This document shows, one piece after another, positions 55,701 through 64,000 of a DNA stretch of 64,000 bases. Position numbers and translations under genes: made by a program. The stretch's first letter is position 1; the number at the start of each line of letters is the position of its first letter. The notes beneath the pieces were generated by a model. That model worked only from the letters and a program-made list of their open reading frames with translations. It was not told where the DNA came from and did not search any database. The stretch comes from the human T2T-CHM13v2.0 reference genome, Homo sapiens: the NCBI RefSeq assembly GCF_009914755.1, contig NC_060935.1; one strand, 5' to 3'.

Positions 55701-58700
55701 ATTGTTCATACCTTGAGGTGGCCCACCTTGGCAGCCCCTCCATGGCTGGTGCCTGGGGATGTGTCTTGGCCAAGAACTGGGGCTGGCATCACAGCTCTGA
55801 GTTCCAAAGGCTAGGGAATGGGAGTGGTTAGGCACAGTGCCACACTGAGTTGGCACAGGGGCCTCCCCTTCTGTCACCCTATAGAATCCAAGGAAACAGT
55901 CCCTTTCCCCGACCTTCTTGTAGAAGGAGGTAGCGTAAGGCAGCATTGTGTATCTGGAAGATGGGAGGTCTGGCTTCTCCCTCTACCACCAGCTCACATG
56001 GGACCCAGGCGAGTCCCTTAGCCCGACTGGACCTGCCTCAGTTTCCACCTCTGTAAAACGAGGCGGCTGCCCCTTCACTCTCAGGGTCTGTGGTCTGGGC
56101 CTTGCCCTGAAGGAACTGCTGTCTCCCTTTCCCAGCAGCCAGCAGTCTTGTAATTATCATCATTTGCTTAATATGACCACTGAGGCCTCGTGTAATTAAT
56201 CTCTGGGCTCCTAGCTGAGGAGCCCTGCCTGGGCGCTCCCAGGAGGTTCCTCTGCCCTCCCCGGTGACAGTGGCAGCCCCAGCAGCAGATTGTCGGAGCT
56301 GGGTGCCTCTTGCAGCCTCCCGATTTCTTGGCTGTTTCCTGGTCCCTCCCCCACCGAGAGTTTCCTCCTTCCTGCCCCTTTCTGGCTTCCCTGTCTCCCC
56401 AGACCCTGCCCCTGTTCCTCCGCTGCCTCGTTCCTGTTAACTCTTCGCAGCCAGAACTTCCTGCCCTCGATTTGTGGGGGAAGGGGTGCAGCGGGAAGCT
56501 CTCTCCCTCCCTCCTTCCTTCACTCCTGCAGCACCAGCTGAAACCCTGCTGCTTCCAGCCTTTGTCCCTTACCCAGAACTTTCCACTTCAGTGGCAGCGT
56601 TCTCCCAACTCCTTTCCCTGCAAACAAGATGATCTTTCCTGCAGTCACTCCCTCTGGGCCTTTGAAGCACCGCCGTTCCCCAGGAATGGGTCTCTGGGAT
56701 GTCTTTCCCGTCTGTTTTCCTTTCCAGAGCATGCGTTTCACTTATTTGCCATTAAGTCGCCCGCCTGCCGTTACCTGGGTAAATGGATTTGAAGGGAGTG
56801 TGAGCAATGCAGGTTGGAATCTGTGCAGGGGAACCTGGGCTGTTAACCCAGAATGAGGTGTCCTATTAATGCACAATCAATTCCTAGTAGTAAGTTCCCG
56901 GTGACGTCAGGTACAGGAGCGCTCCGCAGCCAGTGTTTCCTCCCCGTGCCTAGGTTGCACCCAGGTGGGCTTGGCAGAGGGACTGAGTGCTCAGGCTGGT
57001 GGGTTTGGGCTCCACGCGCTTGGCTGTTGCTTTCAGGGTATGCTCTTGCCTCGGAACACACAGTGGGAACCAAAAGCACAGTGTAGCCCTTGAGGACGCA
57101 CAGCCTCCCTCACACCTGCCCCTTCTTCCTGGGCCCCTTCCCTACTCCCCGCCGGCTCCCCATGGGTCAGTTTCCACTGCTGGATGGAGCTATATTCACG
57201 TTATTTCTACTCTGCTGCAACTGAGATACTAAAAATGAGGTGTTTGACTGCAGCTTTTTTCTAAAACAGTAATATCCCTTCTCTGCTTTGCTGTTTACTG
57301 CAAAAGGACGCGTCTATGCTGGCAGAAGTGGGTTTTCTGGTATTAACATGTTGGCAGCTCTGTTCCCAGGTGGGGGCAATTTTCTGACTCTAGAGCCATT
57401 TCGTGTTTGGGATGGGGGATAACCCCCTCCTGGAAACCACAGGGCATGGAATTCTGGAAGTTTGTTCTTGGTGCATTCTAGCGTAATGCAGATTACGGTC
57501 TCCATGTCAGCAGTAAATTGCAGGGTGTGGGTGCTCATGTCATATTTGTGAAGAAGCCGTGACATTTGACAAGGCCGCCAGAGTGCCTCTTCCTGAGCAT
57601 CCCCGCAAGGGAGCTGCTTTGTGGCCGACACGACGTTCCGGAGCCCAGGCTGCTGCAGACCCTGGCTGTGTGTGCGGGGCCAGCTGGCTTTTTCTCTCCC
57701 CTGCTCAGGGCTTACCTTGGACCTGCCGGTTTGGGCTGGCCTTTCCTATTTGATCTGTGGCCCCGTCCTTGTTCGCCCCAGGGAGAGTCATTGAGAAACA
57801 TTAAGAAGCCCCAGGGGACTTCCTTCTGCTGCTGGCACCTTGGTGTCTGGTTTCCTGGAAATGCCACAGGGAGCACCTCGGCCACAGCCACAGGCCCTGC
57901 TGCACTGGTTGGTGAATGCTCGCTCATCTCCCAGGGGACGGTTCCCAGAGTGGCCGCACCAGACCTGCCAGGCCTGTAGCCTTCATGCCAGCTTGCACCG
58001 TCCTGGCGTGGCAAAGCTTTAGCATCACTGTCACATGAGGGGCACAGGAAGCATGGCCCCTGGCTGCCAGCTGCCAGCCAAGGCTGCCTCCCATCCTGGG
58101 TTCCAGGGAAGGGGGCTGCTCGTCTCCTACAGCTCCTGGTCAGGGACGGGAGGGCAGCCAGGCCAGAGGCTGGGCACAAGTCAGGGTCCTCTGAGCCCTG
58201 CACCCAGCTCTTCCACAGAGGTCAAGGGGGGGATGGAGGGTGCTCTAGTGGAGGCCGTTTCTCAGGGAGCCTTTGGACATTTTCTTTGCCACGAACTCAT
58301 TGTGGGCCTCGGAGCACGTGGCCCAGCCAGCTTCCTTGCCATCAGCAAGAGTGTGTTTGTCTCTGACTTGTCACCCCCTCCTGTCCACACAGCTACAGCC
58401 TCTGACCCCGAGCAGGAGACACCTAAGAGAGCCCAGGCCACAGAGGATGGCCTGGACTTTGCATTTCTTCTGAACCATGAGGTGCCAGAAGGGACCGGAA
58501 GTGCTCCCTCAGCACCCACTCCTTCCCTGTCACCCAGTGCTCAGTGCTGCAGCTGCTCACTGTCTTGGGCTGAGCCTGCTCCGGGAGCAGTAGGAGCTGG
58601 TGCAGGCCGCTGTAACTGCAGGGGTGCCAAGGTGGGACTGACTGCTCCTTCCCAAAGCTGGGTGGGCACCAAGTACCTCTGTGCCAAGGAGCCCTTGATA

Positions 58701-59905
58701 CTTTGGCAGGGCAAGCCACGGGCTCTACCCACTGGGCCCGCAGTAGAGCAATGCAGTGCCTGAAGCTGGTCTGTGAGCAGAGGAGTCCCACCCTGCTCGG
58801 CTCAGCCCTGGCCACAGGCCCCATCCTCCAAGGCCCCATCCTCTCCGAGGACACGGCAAATGTGGAGCAGAGGCTTGAGCAAGACCAGTTACTGTGTGAT
58901 TCTAGCATGGACTGTCGGTGAGCCGTGGGGCACTGAGAAATGGGGCTCTGGCGGCTCTCTCCCATGGCCCAGCAGGCGGGGCACGGCGGGCAGCATGGCC
59001 AGCCTGGCATATTAGAAGCCCTCCTTCTGCCGTGTCCACCCAGGCTTTGTAAATGGCCAGTGTGACGGTGGCGATTCAGCATCTCATTGACATCCTCATT
59101 TTACAGCTGGGGAAACTGGACATTTCAAGTTTGTGACCAGGTGGTGAGGGCCACTTGGAACCCAGGCACCCGTCCAACGGCCAGAGCAAAGGCAACTCTG
59201 AGGCCCTTGCCCAAAGGTGTTGGGAACCTTAGCGTCCTTCCATCTGGGACTGTTGAGGCCGCTTGGTTCTCCTGATGCTCCAGAGTAGATCTTGGGAGCC
59301 ACGTTCCCCCGGATCTCAGGGTTGCTGACCTGGGTGGGGGACAGGGACACGCTCTGGGCTCACTGCCACTCCAGACTCTGCCAGTATCAGGGAGCAGTGT
59401 TGGAGACAAGGTGACCCAGTCCAGGAGGCTGTCCCACCCCTGTGCTCGCCCGTGCTTGCCACCCTGGCAGGAGCTGCCCCCAGTGGCAAGTTCTTCCAAC
59501 CTGCCAGTTCCCTTGGCGGCCAGACCCATGGGAATAGACAGGAAACCCTAAAATTGCCACTTTGGGGGCCTTCCATTCAAGGACTCTGCTCAGGCCTGAC
59601 CTCGTGTTTGGTTTCTTGCTTGGGGGGAGGGGGGTTGTTTATTTTATTTAAAAAACATTTTTTTCTTTTTAAGGAAGAAAGTGGAGTGCTGTGGGCTGGG
59701 AAGAATGTGGTGGCCATGCCCAGGCGTGGCTGCTGAGGGGAGAGATGGCCTCAGAGCCCCGGGTCCTGCTTCCTGCTGTTCCCAGGCCGGGGCTGACAGC
59801 AGAGCCCCTGGGAAGGAGAAAGGGCCTGCCCGGCAGGTTCCCCTGGCTGTCGCAGGCAGGGAACCAAGCATGCTTCCCCCTTGGAGACTTTGTGTGTCCA
59901 GTTGA

Positions 59906-60266
<361 letters not shown>

Positions 60267-60449
60267 AAGCTGGCACCATTTTTGCAGGCTCCTAAGAAGC
60301 AAGTCTGGGGCTCAGTGGGGCTTACTGCTGAAGCCCGGTGGCCCCCATTCCTGGGACAATGCCCGGCTCCTGGTGGGTGACCCCTACAGGCTGGGATTGC
60401 TTTGCCTGTCATCTGCATCTGCCTGTCGCTACCTTCCGCTTGACCAGCA

Positions 60450-60451
<2 letters not shown>

Positions 60452-60498
<47 letters not shown>
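60452..60498. repeat. Poly(T)47
   Basis: Read directly. Confidence 0.95.
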
Positions 60499-60501
<3 letters not shown>

Positions 60502-62544
60502 TTTTTTCATCCCCTTCTGTGGACCAAAATGTCCTGGCCCACCTCCCAGGTGAGATGCAGGCCCCTGACCTTGGGGTTTTCTCCACGTTCCAGTCTCCCA
60601 GTGCACAGCCTGTGCCCTGAGGGTCGCCCAGGGCCCAGGCCTCCTGTCTGCAGGTGCCAAGGGCAGGGACCGTGTCTTTCTCAATTCAAGAGATTTTTAT
60701 GAAGCCCTTGCTGTGTGTGAAACACCACAATCTCCGTCCACCGTTTCCTGTGTCCCTGGGAGTCCCACATGCCGGGAAACATGTCCTTGACGGTGGCTGG
60801 TGGACATGAGCTGGCGTGTGGCCCGAAGGGGCGGGTGTGCTGGTGTGGACGCGGGGCCCATCCTCGGAGCTCCTGTCAGTTCTCAGAGGGCATCCTCACT
60901 CCCCGGTGGGGGGCATGGGCCCCCCTCTTCCCATCCAGGCAGGGTCTGTTCCAAAGCAGTCATAGGATGCGAACTCAGGGTCACCTAGGCCCATCCTTGT
61001 CTTCAGTGCCCTGCTTCCTGCTGGAGACAACTTTGGAAGAGGCCGCGGCCCCTCCCAGCCTCTGAGGGTGGGGAGCAGGCCAGGGGGTCGCGGCCTTGGA
61101 ACCGTGCTCATGGCAGCCCTGCTGTGCTCGTGCTATCTCGCTCGGCCTTTCCTGAGGAAGGCTGGAACCAAGTGAGATCAGGGGCCGAGGCCCGGGAGTC
61201 CACTGCAGCCCTTCCTGGAAGGACAGTGCCCAGTGGAAGCGGATAAGAGCCCCCTCTCGAGGCCGAGGTCAGAGGCCAGGCAGGGTCCACAGGCCAGGTC
61301 CGCACTGTCTGGAGCTGCTCTCCGCAGACGGCTCTTCTGGCTGAAGCTGCCATTCTTCCAGACCCTCGGGCCCAAAGCCTGGAAGCCCTCACGGGGCTGG
61401 CCTCATAACCCTTCTCCCGGTCCCCGACAGCCTGAGCCTTCTCCCACCCACCCCCTTCCCCTTCTTCCTGCCCAAGTGTTGCCTCTGCCTGGGCTTCCTC
61501 CGCGTGGCGCCTCCAGTGGAGTCGGGCCACCCACCGCCCTGGACCAAGCCTCCTGAGTCCTGCTCTCCTGCCCACTCCTTGGCTGTGAAGCCCCCTGGTT
61601 TGCAAGGCCCTGCCCTCCGCCTCACCATGGCCTTTGTGTGCCCTCTCTCCTGCCCCATTGGCCCCTTGCTCATCCCTGGACATACTGTCCCCTGCCTGTT
61701 CCCACGTCTACCGACCCCCCTGGCTTCGCCAGCTGCCGAGATCCCACTTGCACTCCAGGAACCCAGTGGAGTTCCACCTTCTCCACACAGGCTTTCCAGA
61801 CCCAGAGGCCTCCTCTCCTTCCCAAGGCTTCTGCACACGCTGTCTGGTATCACAGGCTCAGAACCATGCCCTGGGCAGGGCTGTTTGGAGCAGGGGGTGG
61901 CTTTGGCATGAGGTACACAGTGCCTCAGGGGTAGATGTGCAGCGGGTCCTCGTGACCACAGCCTGGGTGGCCAGTCCGACCAGCCCTGGGCTGGGCTCCT
62001 AGGGGCAGGCAGGGCCGGGGTGCAGAAAGGCAGGGGCCATGGCAAGCACAGAGAACCTGGACTTGCGGATCCAAATCTCCACCAGCTGCAGTCATTTCAC
62101 GGGAGGCCTGCTGGTGGCCCCATAGACCTGCAGGGCCATGTGAGCGTGACATGGGCTCAGGTGTGTTGTCCCTTCAGGCCCCCAGCCTTGCAATGCCCTC
62201 AGCATGGCAGCTACACGTTACCCCAGGAGCCCAGACTAGTGAGGACCAGATGCAGGCCTCAGCTGGCTGTTGGGACAGACCGGCAGGGCTGGGCTTGAGG
62301 TGGGCCAGGAGAGGGCAGGAGGGGACAGTAAGGTGGTATTTGAGGCCGGGAGTGTAGCCTGGTGTGGCGCTCCCAGACAGCACTCAGTGTGGGGTGAGAT
62401 AAACAGGGTGGGGGATGTCGGGTTGGGTTTTGAGGGTCACAATGGCCAGGCCCTCCCCTATGGCCATACCAAGCAACCCAGGGCAGGGGTCACATTTTAT
62501 ATCCAAGTACTAGGGACACACGAACCAAGGCATGGCCTTTTCTT

Positions 62545-62905
62545 ACAATTTAAAAAATTGAGATGCAATTCATATAAAATTCATCATTTTATTATACAAT
62601 GTAGTGTTTTTTAGTACATTGACCGTGTTGTGCAACCCTTACCCCAAAAAGAAACCCCGTCCCCACCGCAGTCACTCCTCTCCCTCTCTCCAGCCCCCGG
62701 CAGCCACGGATCTGCGTTCTGTGTCCGTGGATCTGTTCATATGAGTGGAATCTCACAATATGTGGCAACCCTTTGTGACTGGCTTCGTTCAGCCTCATGT
62801 TTTCAAGGCTCATCCACGTTGTGGCCCCTGTTGGTGCCTTGTTCCTTTTTACAGCCGAGCCATGTGCTGCTGCGTGGAGATGCCACATGTGTGTCTTTTC
62901 ATCCG
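62545..62905 (-). mobile_element. Old L1M 3'-end fragment
   Basis: GTGGAATC..ACAATATGTGG...TTTGTGACTGGCTT...ATGTTTTCAAGGCTCATCCA.GTTG. Confidence 0.75.
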
Positions 62906-63247
62906 CTCACAAACCAGGCTTGGCTTTTGTGACTTGGCCAAGTTCCCAAAGCCAGCCGGTGGCATCACTGGGACGAGACCCCACAGGCGGTGGGCCTCTG
63001 AGCAGGGGGCCACCTGCCGGCCACCCTGGCCTTTGAGGACACAGCCTGGCGGGGGCGGTGCAGGCAAAGGCTTCCTTGAAGCCTTCTGGTCTGACCTGTG
63101 GCTGGGATAAGTGAGTAGGCCTGACGGGCTGGCCTCCTTCCTGGAGGGAGTGGCGACACCACCACAGTGCCCTCAGCTCGCGTTTCTGGGCCTGCAGCCC
63201 CCACGGGCTCTGGGGGCTTCTGCTTACTGCGCCCCCCTGACCCACAG

Positions 63248-63324
63248 CATCCGCAGTGTCATGCAGAAGTACCTGGAGGACCGGGGCGAGGTGACCTTTG
63301 AGAAGATCTTTTCCCAGAAGCTGG
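63248..63324 (+). CDS. GRK2: GRK2 exon 2, (S)[25 protein letters not shown]; gene continues beyond the window
   Basis: cacAG/GTgagt, 77 bp, phase fits exon 1. Confidence 0.97.
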
Positions 63325-64000
63325 GTGAGTATGGCAGTGGCTCTGCCAGCCACCGGACTTAACTTCTTGCCCCTACCCCAGCCAGCCCAGCTGTGCTCCC
63401 CACTCTCCAGAGATTTGGCCTCCCATCCACTCAGGGTGGAGCAGCCAGCGAGACCCCAGGGCTTGCTCCAAGTCGCTGCGACCCTGCGTGCCTCCTTGCC
63501 CCTGGCTGTCGGCCCAGGGAGCCCCGTGGTGGGGGTGGGGGCCCAGAGTCTTCCAGGGCCGCCAGGGAAGTTCCTCCTTTGGGGTTTTTGTTTTTGAGAG
63601 TTGCAGCTTCCCCTTGGCGCGGCCGCAGCTGCTCTGGGCCGTTGGTAGAACTGACAGGAAGAGGCGGGGCCCTTCCTGTGGCGCCTGCCGAGCTGTGGTT
63701 GGCCCCGCCCCACCCCATGGGCCCTCTTTGTAAGCAACCTGCTTGGTGTTGGCCCTCCATTCCTCCTCCAGCTGGTGTCTGATGCCTGCTGTCAGAAGTT
63801 TCATGTGACCCACCCTGCGGACCTGGCCCGGAGGGCAGGCTTGGGGCAGGTCTCGGGAAGCAGGCTCCAGCCCCACATGGCTCTGATTTGGCCTTCCCGA
63901 GAACAGGAGCTCAGCTCTGGACAGGGGGTATCCTGGCCTGATGGGATCAGGCATTGGGGGTCAGCCTGGGGGAGTCGGTGTGTCAAGAAGCACAAAGTTT

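Overview
Human (or near-identical hominid) genomic DNA, recognisable as the chr11q13 KDM2A-GRK2 locus; both genes are on the + strand. Positions 1423-41020 carry the last 13 coding exons of KDM2A/FBXL11 (JmjC end, CXXC, PHD, F-box, LRRs). All junctions are GT-AG and [15 protein letters not shown], covering residues ~230-1162, and a ~3 kb 3'UTR with tandem poly(A) signals ends near 44045. An internal promoter and alternative first exon in intron 12 (~25850-26334) give the JmjC-less short form. GRK2/ADRBK1 starts in a CpG island (ATG 52656, exon 2 at 63248). Its 5'UTR has a strong-Kozak in-frame uORF and (GCG)n repeats. The KDM2A introns are Alu-dense and contain a young 5'-truncated antisense SVA (perfect 15-bp TSD, 179-bp higher-order VNTR), a U13 snoRNA retrocopy, and a piggyBac MER75 carrying a PGBD4-like transposase N-terminus inside a multi-layer Alu nest. 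They also hold a MIR-derived hairpin and several locally templated duplications. No CRISPR array, prokaryotic system or novel protein-coding gene is supported. The best new leads are regulatory or structural. Repeat subfamily labels and exon numbers come from recall, not from a search.
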